The notes below the pieces were generated by a model. That model saw only the letters and a list, made by a program, of their open reading frames with translations. It made no database searches and was not told the DNA's origin. From the NCBI GenBank assembly GCA_964387885.1, contig CAYLYZ010000005.1, positions 11,404 through 75,403 on the forward strand: DNA of 64,000 nt. The letters run 5' to 3'. Positions within the stretch are counted from its first letter, which is position 1. Each line of letters starts with the position of its first letter. The stretch comes from an uncultured bacterium. Its GTDB lineage: Bacteria; Electryoneota; AABM5-125-24; Hatepunaeales; Hatepunaeaceae. Both the position numbers and the translations under genes were made by a program. Shown piece after piece: positions 56,611 to 64,000 of the stretch.

Positions 56611-57687
56611 CTATGCAATGGTGACGTCCGTCGAGAGGAACACATCCTGAATGGTGTTAAAGATTTTTACTCCATCCTTCATCGGCCTCTGGAAAGTCTT
56701 CCTCCCCGAAATCAATCCCATACCACCTCCGCGTTTGTTCAACAGAGCAGTTTTTGCAGCAACCTCGATATCGTTGCTCCCAGATGAGCCGCCTGAGTTG
56801 ATCAGACCGACACGCCCCATGTAGTTGTTAGCAACCTGATATCTAACGAGATCGATGGGATGATCGGACATTAAATCGGAGTACATTCTTTCATCATATT
56901 TACCGTAACTGCCATATTCTTTATTCACTGCCGGATAACCCTTTACTTCATTCGGTAGCTTCTGCTTGACAATATCAGCCTGAATCGTTGCGCCCAGGTG
57001 GTTGGCTTGACCGGTCAGGTCTGCTGCAGCATGATAATCAACACCATTAATTTTGAAGTCCGAGTTTCTCAAGTAGCACCATAGAATTGTGACCATGCCT
57101 AATTCATGAGCGTAGGAGAATGCCTCTGAAATCTCCTCTATCTGACGATTAGATTCATCCGAACCGTAATATATAGTCGCTCCAATCGCGACCGCACCCA
57201 GGTCAAATGCCTGATTTACGGAACTGAACAGAATCTGATCGTAGGAATTCGGATGTGAAAGAATTTCGTTGTGATTGATTTTGACAATAAATGGAACCTT
57301 GTATGCCCATTTGCGCGATACAGCACCAAGTACCCCTAACGTAGAAGCTACAGCATTACAACCACCTTCAAAAGCTAATTCGATTATATTGTTCGGATCA
57401 AAGTAGATTGGATTTGGTGCGAATGAAGCGCCTCCGGAATGCTCTATTCCCTGATCTACCGGAAGTATGGATAGGTATCCCGTGCCAGCTAAACGGCCAT
57501 GATCATAAATCGTTTGCAGATTCCTTAACACTGCGGGAGGACGGTCACTATCTATGAATACTCTATCAATAAAATCCGGACCGGGCTCATATATGTTCTC
57601 TTTGGGGATCGTCTCACATTTGTGTTCCAGCAGTTCCTTAGCATCTTTTCCGAGAAGTTCAACGATCTGATCTATGGTTTTTGACAT
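56611..57687 (-). CDS. fbaB: Class I fructose-bisphosphate aldolase (DhnA/FbaB type). True start at MSKTIDQ.
   Basis: Long colinear similarity to E. coli FbaB: [48 protein letters not shown]...IVKINHNE...[19 protein letters not shown]. Confidence 0.9.
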   Translation of the reverse strand: MSKTIDQIVELLGKDAKELLEHKCETIPKENIYEPGPDFIDRVFIDSDRPPAVLRNLQTIYDHGRLAGTGYLSILPVDQGIEHSGGASFAPNPIYFDPNNIIELAFEGGCNAVASTLGVLGAVSRKWAYKVPFIVKINHNEILSHPNSYDQILFSSVNQAFDLGAVAIGATIYYGSDESNRQIEEISEAFSYAHELGMVTILWCYLRNSDFKINGVDYHAAADLTGQANHLGATIQADIVKQKLPNEVKGYPAVNKEYGSYGKYDERMYSDLMSDHPIDLVRYQVANNYMGRVGLINSGGSSGSNDIEVAAKTALLNKRGGGMGLISGRKTFQRPMKDGVKIFNTIQDVFLSTDVTIA

Positions 57688-57792
57688 CTGATTCTCCTGT
57701 TTTTGTTTTTCTCTCAAGTTGAGTACTCTATTAATAACAATAATAATACTCGAAGTCAATCGAAAAGGAAATCCATTTTAGGTATTGTCATG

Positions 57793-57860
57793 CTATTCCG
57801 GAATCTGTCTTTGATATCAGCTCAACCACAGCGTCCGGAATAGAAATCCCTCTTTTTTTT
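57793..57860. promoter_or_regulatory. Two ATTCCGGAAT-type palindromes (CTATTCCGGAAT ... TCCGGAATAG) 31 nt apart, followed by a T8 run. They lie in the divergent fbaB/arsR region and are candidate ArsR-family operators.
   Basis: 10-bp perfect inverted repeat CTATTCCGGA / TCCGGAATAG. Each arm is itself palindromic around CCGG. About 100 bp upstream of arsR. Confidence 0.45.
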
Positions 57861-57958
57861 AATATCCAATAATTACGAGATTGAAGTCTTGTTTATGGAC
57901 GAAAATTACACTAATTTAGATTAACGTATGATCATACATTCATGTAAAAGACGGAAAG

Positions 57959-58306
57959 ATGACGAAATATCAATTCGTAAATCCAAAGCAGTCGGAATTG
58001 ATTGCTGAAGCTCTTAGTTCACCTGAAGTAACTGTTCGGATGGCAAACATTTTTAAAGTGCTTTGCGATCCATCACGTTTAAAAATTGTAATTGCTCTTC
58101 AAGTGGGTGAGCTCTGTGTGAACGATCTGGCTAAAGCTACTGAATTCTCACAATCATCGGTTTCTCATCACCTGAAATCACTTAGAGATTTGAATCTGGT
58201 GCGATATCGACGTGAGGGAAAATTGACATTTTATGCTCTGGCTGACAATCATGTTTCGGCTCTCTTAGCAGTAGCACGTGATCATGCCCGAGAGGTGATT
58301 GGATGA
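57959..58306 (+). CDS. ArsR/SmtB family metalloregulatory transcriptional repressor.
   Basis: 115 aa. LCVNDLAKATEFSQSSVSHHLKSLRDLNLV is the wHTH with the ELCV and HH metal-site patterns. Confidence 0.85.
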   Translation: MTKYQFVNPKQSELIAEALSSPEVTVRMANIFKVLCDPSRLKIVIALQVGELCVNDLAKATEFSQSSVSHHLKSLRDLNLVRYRREGKLTFYALADNHVSALLAVARDHAREVIG

Positions 58307-58456
58307 AAAATACATGAATAAAGCTTCATATATGTCCTTTTGCCTCGTATAAAGTAAAGGATTACGTCGGATTCCATTCTCAAAGGTTGCAACACGTAAT
58401 CGAAATCAATTGCCAAAAAGAGACATAAGAGCTGACAAACAAGATCAGGGGGTAAA

Positions 58457-58864
58457 ATGAAAAACGTTAATGACTTTTCAATCACAACCGAGACAAAACT
58501 TGGATTTGATGATGTAATTGAACTTGCAACAAATCTCTTGCAGGAACAGGGATTTGGAATTCTAACAGAAATAGATGTTCAGGCTACATTAAAAAAGAAG
58601 ATAGATGTTGATTATAAACCTTACCGGATTTTAGGTGCTTGTAACCCAAGCTTTGCGCATGGTGCCCTTAATCTGGAACCTTATGTAGGGGTTTTGATGC
58701 CTTGCAACGTGGTTGTTTGGGACAATGGAGATCACAGGATAGTCACCGCTATGGATCCCCGCGCAGTTTTCAATATCATTAACAATGCTGAAGTGCATCA
58801 AGTTGCAGAAGAGGTGTACCGGAAGTTATTTGGGGTTATTAATCGAATCGGAGAAGCTGGCTAA
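58457..58864 (+). CDS. DUF302 family protein.
   Basis: 135 aa. Characteristic PYRILGACNP...GVLMPCNVVVW. Confidence 0.75.
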   Translation: MKNVNDFSITTETKLGFDDVIELATNLLQEQGFGILTEIDVQATLKKKIDVDYKPYRILGACNPSFAHGALNLEPYVGVLMPCNVVVWDNGDHRIVTAMDPRAVFNIINNAEVHQVAEEVYRKLFGVINRIGEAG

Positions 58865-58865
58865 T

Positions 58866-61010
58866 ATGAACAACGCCAGTCAAAAAGAAAAACAGCATCA
58901 ATTAAACATCACCGGGATGTGCTGCCCGAACTGTGCTGACAAAATCAGAGGTGCTGTATGTAAACTTCCCGGGGTTGAAAAAGCAGATGTCAATTTTATG
59001 CAATCGACTTTAATTGCAAAGGCTGATGATGTTGAACCTGAAAAGATAATTAAAACAATTCAATCACTGGGTTATGATGCAACCACTTTAGATGAAAACC
59101 AGAATTTGGGAGAGAATTCTGAAAAAAGCAGTCTAACTGGTGAAAAGGTCTCCCGGACTGAAATAATCGGAGTAGTTGTATCAGGACTGCTTGTAGCTCT
59201 GGCAGGTATTGGAAGTCTTCTGGGCTGGTTTTGGGGAATTCGGCTTGGTCTAATCATTTCAGCAGTTGTTATTTGCGGTAGATCCGTTGCCTGGAAGGGA
59301 CTGCTCGCTCTGATGAAATTTCAATTAGATATGAATTTCCTGATGATTGGAGCAGTCATTGGAGCACTATTTATCGGTGAATGGATTGAAGGTGGTGTTA
59401 TAATTGTACTATTTGCTATATCGGAATTGCTCGAATCAGCAAGTATTAACCGTTCAAGACGTGCAATTGAAGCATTAATAAAGGTCGCTCCTCAGAATGC
59501 AATTGTCATAAGAAACCTGCAGAAAATTACTGTTCCGGTTGAAGAAGTTACGGTTGGCGAAATAATCCTTGTCAAGCCGGGTGCCACAATTTCGCTTGAC
59601 GGAGTAATACTGACCGGCCGAACAACAATTGACGAATCTGCAATAACCGGTGAATCGCTCCCTGTCTCAAAGAATAGAGATGATAAAGTCCTCGCCGGCA
59701 CAATTAACGGTGAGGGAGCTATTGAAGTTATTGTCAGTCGCGGTAAGGGTGACACAACCCTTGACAGAATAGTAAAGCTGGTCAGACAGGCACAATCTGA
59801 ACGGGCTCCGGTTCAGTCATTTATCGAAAAATTCGCAAAGTACTATACACCCATTGTTGTTGGACTGGCAATTTTAATCGCGATCTTCCCTCCTCTACTG
59901 TTCAATGGAGAATGGTCAACATGGATTTACCGTGCGTTGGCAATGCTCGTGATATCCTGCCCGTGTGCATTTGTACTTTCAACTCCGGTTACTATCGTAT
60001 CCGCTCTGGCAGGAGCTGCAAGACGTGGTGTACTAATTAAGGGTGGGGCATATCTTGAGAATCTGTTCAAAGTTCGGGCACTTGCATTTGACAAAACCGG
60101 AACGGTGACGGAGGGAATCCTTGTTGTACATGATATCCATAAATTGGACGGATTAACACAAGATGATATACTGAGGCTGGCAGCAACGGTTGAGTCCCAT
60201 AGTGAGCATCCGGTCGCAAAAGCTATCATCAACCGTGCTGAAAAAGATAATATTGAGATTGGGTCACCATCAGGATTTATTGCCTTACCAGGTCAGGGTG
60301 CGCAGGCAAATGTCGGAGAAGATAAGGTCTTTGTTGGCAATCATGCAATGTTTGAAGAGATGAATATCTGTAATGATGAAGTGCATGATCTGTTAAAAGA
60401 TATTGAAAGTGCAAATCGGACAGCAGTGCTGGTTGGTTCTTCAGATAAATTGCTCGGAGTTATCTCAGTATCTGATAAAATCCGACCAACAGCGAGTAAA
60501 ACAATCAACAACCTGAGATCCTTAGGAATTAAAAATGTTCATTTACTAACCGGTGACAATCTGCAAGCTGGAAATACTGTATCTGAGTTACTGGGCATGG
60601 ATAATGTTAGCGCTGAATTGCTTCCTCACCAGAAAGTTGACGAAGTAAAAAACATACGTAAAAAATATGGTTCCGTCGCAATGGTTGGGGACGGCATAAA
60701 TGACGCCCCGGCGCTGGCTGTTGCCGATATTGGTATCGCAATGGGAGCTGCGGGAGCAGATGCTGCATTGGAGACCGCCGATGTCGTTTTGATGGATGAC
60801 AGAATTGACCGTCTGCCCTGGGTTTTCAGATTGTCGCGAAAGGCAAGGCATATAATTATGACAAACATTGCCTTTGCCATATTAACAAAACTATCTTTTA
60901 TTATCCTTGCTGCCACCGGGAATGCAACTTTATGGATGGCAGTATTTGCAGATATGGGTGTATCCTTGTTAGTAATTTTTAACGGAATACGAGCCCTTAA
61001 GTGTAAATAA
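58866..61010 (+). CDS. Heavy-metal-translocating P1B-type ATPase (Cd/Zn/Co/Pb type, CPC motif). Start at MNNASQKEK.
   Basis: HMA domain GMCCPNCADKIRG. TM6 motif CPC (ISCPCAFVLSTP). DKTGTVT phosphorylation site. GDGINDAP hinge. Confidence 0.9.
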   Translation: MNNASQKEKQHQLNITGMCCPNCADKIRGAVCKLPGVEKADVNFMQSTLIAKADDVEPEKIIKTIQSLGYDATTLDENQNLGENSEKSSLTGEKVSRTEIIGVVVSGLLVALAGIGSLLGWFWGIRLGLIISAVVICGRSVAWKGLLALMKFQLDMNFLMIGAVIGALFIGEWIEGGVIIVLFAISELLESASINRSRRAIEALIKVAPQNAIVIRNLQKITVPVEEVTVGEIILVKPGATISLDGVILTGRTTIDESAITGESLPVSKNRDDKVLAGTINGEGAIEVIVSRGKGDTTLDRIVKLVRQAQSERAPVQSFIEKFAKYYTPIVVGLAILIAIFPPLLFNGEWSTWIYRALAMLVISCPCAFVLSTPVTIVSALAGAARRGVLIKGGAYLENLFKVRALAFDKTGTVTEGILVVHDIHKLDGLTQDDILRLAATVESHSEHPVAKAIINRAEKDNIEIGSPSGFIALPGQGAQANVGEDKVFVGNHAMFEEMNICNDEVHDLLKDIESANRTAVLVGSSDKLLGVISVSDKIRPTASKTINNLRSLGIKNVHLLTGDNLQAGNTVSELLGMDNVSAELLPHQKVDEVKNIRKKYGSVAMVGDGINDAPALAVADIGIAMGAAGADAALETADVVLMDDRIDRLPWVFRLSRKARHIIMTNIAFAILTKLSFIILAATGNATLWMAVFADMGVSLLVIFNGIRALKCK

Positions 61011-61114
61011 TCTTTGGAATGTCTGAAATGTGTTGTTATGTGTCCTCGCCTGGCGATATAACAATGACTTAAGTCTCAGACGAGGATCCATGACACCACT
61101 TAAACAATTAAACT

Positions 61115-61140
61115 GCGGATAAACATATCCGCACTCCCCA
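61115..61140. repeat. Second copy of the GCGGATA-aaca-TATCCGC hairpin followed by ACTCCCCA.
   Basis: Same stem and tail as 37017-37041. Confidence 0.55.
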
Positions 61141-61230
61141 GCGTGCAAGGATTTCTCTGCCTGTTAATGCTAAATGGAACGAAAGCCGGAAGCCTGCGTT
61201 AAATTAAAAACAACATACAGCTGAGATCTC

Positions 61231-62604
61231 ATGTTTTTGCGATTTGCTATTATACTTTTTACAATTTTAAGTTATGTCGGATCTGCTTTTGCAGAACAAA
61301 ACACTTCCTACGTTTACCCACCCTGGAAACACACCTGGGGTGTTCGTCGGGCAACCCCATTCAAGCTGAGAATGTTCGTTGGTACAAAAACCACTTTTAA
61401 TGACCCACAAGGTCTTGCCTGTGTCCGTCTTGATGCATGGGAAGACTCGACGACAACTTCCGATGATGATGAAATTACAGTTTACGGAGTTAACTCTGGT
61501 GATAACTGCATAATATACAACTCGTCAATGTATTCCATTTCAATATATGGACATGACGATAAACACACAAAATTTAACCGACCCTGGGGAGTTGCTGCGA
61601 ATAATTCCGGAGTAGTTTATGTAGTTGACCGCGGTAACGCACGAGTTATCAAACTATTCAACGATGGAAAAGAATTAGTACTCGTCGAAGAGTTCGGAGG
61701 ACCAGGGGATTCTCCCGGGAAGTTTATAGATCCACGAGGAGTTGCAATTGATAATCTCGGGCAGGTTTATGTAACTGATGCTGCCCTTGGACGAGTGACA
61801 GTTTTTGATTCCACACTACAGCTCTTGGACATCTGGGAAGGTTTTATCGATCCTGATGGGATTGCTGTTATCGGACCTCAGGATAAATGGTCATACTATC
61901 CGTACTCGGCTTTTGCAGTGGTTACGGATTCTCTTCACCAGCGTATAAGGAAGTTTTCACTTGAGGGAGAGCTTTTAGAGGAAGTACATGAACGCGATCT
62001 GAATCAGGGTGAAATCAGCTTCAATTTCGTTACAATAGATTTTCATAGTCAGGTTTTAGTAACCGACATAGACAATGGTTGTATCCATAAATTCGATCGC
62101 AGCCTGAACTATCTGACAAGATTTGGCAGGTCAGGAAGCGGTGATTATGAATTTGACGAACCTCGTGGAATTGCCCTGCACAGACATTTCGGGCAGTTAT
62201 TGGTGGCGGAACGTCACGGAGCCCAGTATTTATGGATTGCAGTCGATGTTTCTTTCATCAATGGTGAAGTTGAATACAACGATCAATGGCGGGATCTTAT
62301 GGTTGATTTCAGAATCTCGGAACCGGCAACTGCTGAAATCGACGTTCTCGATGAATACGGACGATTCCTCGCTCGAATTGTAAACGGCAGAAGGTTTCCA
62401 GCAGGTGACAACCATTTTGCCTGGGGTTTGAAAATCCCTCACGGTCTCGAACGCCCGGTTGGCTATCCCGACTTACCGGTGAAATATAAGACCGACGAAT
62501 ATCTTCCGGCAGGAACTTACAAGTTGCGAGGCAGATTCAAACCTGTATACTCATCCAGAAAACACTTCGAACGTGAGATTGAATCGTCATTTGTCGTGCA
62601 ATAG
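61231..62604 (+). CDS. Secreted NHL-repeat beta-propeller protein.
   Basis: Signal peptide. NHL repeats (WGVAANNSGVVYVVDRGNARVIKL, PRGVAIDNLGQVYVTDAALGRVTVFD, PRGIALHRHFGQLLVAE). Confidence 0.8.
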   Translation: MFLRFAIILFTILSYVGSAFAEQNTSYVYPPWKHTWGVRRATPFKLRMFVGTKTTFNDPQGLACVRLDAWEDSTTTSDDDEITVYGVNSGDNCIIYNSSMYSISIYGHDDKHTKFNRPWGVAANNSGVVYVVDRGNARVIKLFNDGKELVLVEEFGGPGDSPGKFIDPRGVAIDNLGQVYVTDAALGRVTVFDSTLQLLDIWEGFIDPDGIAVIGPQDKWSYYPYSAFAVVTDSLHQRIRKFSLEGELLEEVHERDLNQGEISFNFVTIDFHSQVLVTDIDNGCIHKFDRSLNYLTRFGRSGSGDYEFDEPRGIALHRHFGQLLVAERHGAQYLWIAVDVSFINGEVEYNDQWRDLMVDFRISEPATAEIDVLDEYGRFLARIVNGRRFPAGDNHFAWGLKIPHGLERPVGYPDLPVKYKTDEYLPAGTYKLRGRFKPVYSSRKHFEREIESSFVVQ

Positions 62605-62617
62605 TTGAAGTGTGCTG

Positions 62618-63193
62618 TCATGCGTCCTCTGCTGACAGGAAAACAACAACCCTTTTCGGCCCATGCGCGCCGAGAATCAGTTTCTTCTCAATATCAGCTG
62701 TCCGGCTCGGACCAGTGATCAGAACATAAGTATAATCCTTTGGAGTATCCGCAATAAATTCTCCAAAATCACGGTAGATATTAGTATCACTATCTATTAT
62801 TGCAATATGGACAGGTGGAAGCGACGAGCAAAGTCGATCTCCCCGGTTGTGCGAGCACACCATCAGAGTTCCGGAGTCCGCAATTATTGCGTCAACACCG
62901 GTGATACCCGCATCAGCTTGAGCACACAACTTCTTTGCATCCTCAATGGTATGCGATTGATCTTCGAAATCCGCAACAACTTCAATTTTTTCCTGTAGAT
63001 TTTCCCTTAAAGAGTGCCGGTAAGTGAATTCAGAAATGACAATTGACGATATCGAATTCGAAACAATGAATTCAATAATATCGTTTAACATTTCATCAGT
63101 GGTCTCTGACAAAACAAACTCCCCGTCCACCGCAATCAGCCTGTCCTGAAACAAAGAGATATTATCATTAATATTATTCATCACCATTCCCAT
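62618..63193 (-). CDS. LUD-domain protein of the LutC/YkgG family.
   Basis: 191 aa. C-terminal LITGPSRTADIEKKLILGAHGP is the LutC signature. Overlaps the upstream lutB-like gene by 20 nt. Confidence 0.6.
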   Translation of the reverse strand: MGMVMNNINDNISLFQDRLIAVDGEFVLSETTDEMLNDIIEFIVSNSISSIVISEFTYRHSLRENLQEKIEVVADFEDQSHTIEDAKKLCAQADAGITGVDAIIADSGTLMVCSHNRGDRLCSSLPPVHIAIIDSDTNIYRDFGEFIADTPKDYTYVLITGPSRTADIEKKLILGAHGPKRVVVFLSAEDA

Positions 63194-64000
63194 TTTCAGG
63201 TTTTAGACTTTCGTCTTTTGCCTTCAGACTCTTAACCTGAGCTCTAAACGAATTCGCAGCACCAATTCTAATGCTTCCTGAGTTTAAATTTGGCGCAAAT
63301 TTTTCTGCAAATCGGGCAAATTTCCCTGCTAATTCAACCCGTCCTGCCGATCCCATCGTCCAGTTCCAACCGGCTGCAAATAAATCATAACTCAGTGGCT
63401 TATCGCGCCTCGCTCTAAGATCAAGAAGTAGTTTCGGAATATCGATCCGAACCGGGCATACGTCCCGGCAAGCTCCACACAAGGTTGAGAGGTCAGGTAA
63501 TTCCGGATGCAGCATTTTATTCCGTCCGATCAGGTTTGAAAGTATCGAACCCATAGGTCCGGGATAAACTGAATCATAAGCATGTCCCCCAATTGTCCTG
63601 TAAACCGGACATTCATTCAGACACGCACCACAACGTACGCATAACATCATCTCCCTCATCTCAGGATCAGCCATCGCTCGGCTTCGGCCATTATCGAGAA
63701 GGATAACATGCATCTCTTCAGGTCCGTCTTCCCCTATACTTCCGGGTTTCAACAGGTGAAAATAACCGGAAAATCGCTGCCCGGTTGCGCTTCTTGCCAG
63801 CATCTTAACTAGCGGGCTTAAGTCAGCGATATTCTCCAGAAGCTTCTCGATCCCGGTTACAGCAATGTAGAGAGGAGGAATTGACAACCCTAATCTAACG
63901 TTTCCCTCGTTTTCCACAATAGCGATATGGCCAGTCTCTGCAACTAAAAAGTTAGCACCCGAAATTCCAAATTCAGCGTTCAGGAATCTCTCGCGAAGCA
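63174..64000 (-). CDS. LutB/YkgF-like iron-sulfur oxidoreductase, 5'-truncated at the window edge.
   Basis: Two CxxCxxCxxxCP ferredoxin motifs (CVRCGACLNECP, CGACRDVCP). IAVTGIEKL and ILLDNGRS blocks are typical of LutB. The ORF continues past nt 64000. Confidence 0.65.
   Translation of the reverse strand, partial: LRERFLNAEFGISGANFLVAETGHIAIVENEGNVRLGLSIPPLYIAVTGIEKLLENIADLSPLVKMLARSATGQRFSGYFHLLKPGSIGEDGPEEMHVILLDNGRSRAMADPEMREMMLCVRCGACLNECPVYRTIGGHAYDSVYPGPMGSILSNLIGRNKMLHPELPDLSTLCGACRDVCPVRIDIPKLLLDLRARRDKPLSYDLFAAGWNWTMGSAGRVELAGKFARFAEKFAPNLNSGSIRIGAANSFRAQVKSLKAKDESLKPENGNGDE

Noticed and set aside
63174-63917. Reported start codon of the lutB-like ORF at 63917
   Set aside because: LutB-family proteins carry a LUD domain N-terminal to the Fe-S region. 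Matching residues (IAIVENEG...) read through the reported start, so the gene runs off the window. My reading of the bases around 63181 and 63900 also differed by a base or two from the supplied translation, so the ends here are left approximate.
1-64000. Prophage, integrase, transposase or toxin-antitoxin content
   Set aside because: No recognisable integrase, transposase, phage structural or TA signatures in any frame. The repeats found are short structured elements, not IS-like.

Overview
This 64-kb window is about 42-43% GC and looks like a metagenome-type contig from a bacterium of the Fibrobacteres-Chlorobi-Bacteroidetes (FCB) superphylum. Ten proteins end in type IX secretion system (T9SS)-style C-terminal sorting domains (PNPFN...VYF..R motifs). 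Yet the genes carry clear Shine-Dalgarno sites and E. coli-like TTGACA-N17-TATATT promoters, which argues against a classical Bacteroidetes and for another FCB lineage. Layout: (1) 0.08-22.1 kb is a minus-strand island of very large T9SS cargo genes. It holds two tandem beta-helix paralogs, a B12-binding radical SAM gene, a 1983-aa gingipain-like (peptidase C25) multidomain protein, a small TPR lipoprotein and three FG-GAP beta-propeller proteins. (2) 22.3-26.7 kb holds a TauE permease, an orphan LeuD-like subunit, a transglutaminase-like membrane protein and a PAP2 phosphatase. A 4 x 55-bp tandem repeat sits in the transglutaminase promoter region. (3) 27.1-34.9 kb is a plus-strand array of three paralogous propeller-plus-Ig T9SS cargo genes. 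Paralogs 1 and 2 share a ~245-bp identical tract at their 3' ends, and an internal promoter, small ORFs and terminators lie between them. (4) 35.1-45.2 kb is a long minus-strand envelope operon: TPR protein, family-2 glycosyltransferase (GT2) synthase, secreted coiled-coil protein, three consecutive LPP20-like (lipo)proteins, then lepB. It has its own consensus promoter downstream of ychF. (5) 46.6-49 kb holds a VOC/glyoxalase-like gene whose promoter spacer contains a GAAC-N4-GTTC palindrome, and dinB preceded by strong palindromes. (6) 49.5-55.4 kb holds a membrane-anchored WD40 protein, an HDOD protein, an atypical histidine-kinase-like protein, a PEGA-thioredoxin lipoprotein and a small T9SS cargo protein. 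(7) 56.6-64 kb holds fbaB, an arsR-DUF302-P1B-ATPase metal module, an NHL-repeat protein and a lutB-lutC fragment at the window edge. Several families of short structured repeats sit in intergenic regions: an ~82-nt hairpin repeat in two copies, a GCGGATA..TATCCGCACTCCCC hairpin in two copies, and a multi-hairpin region. No rRNA, tRNA, CRISPR array, integrase or transposase was recognised. The ORF track labels non-ATG starts as M (for example GTG at lepB, TTG at 47218 and 49496), so listed starts are approximate.
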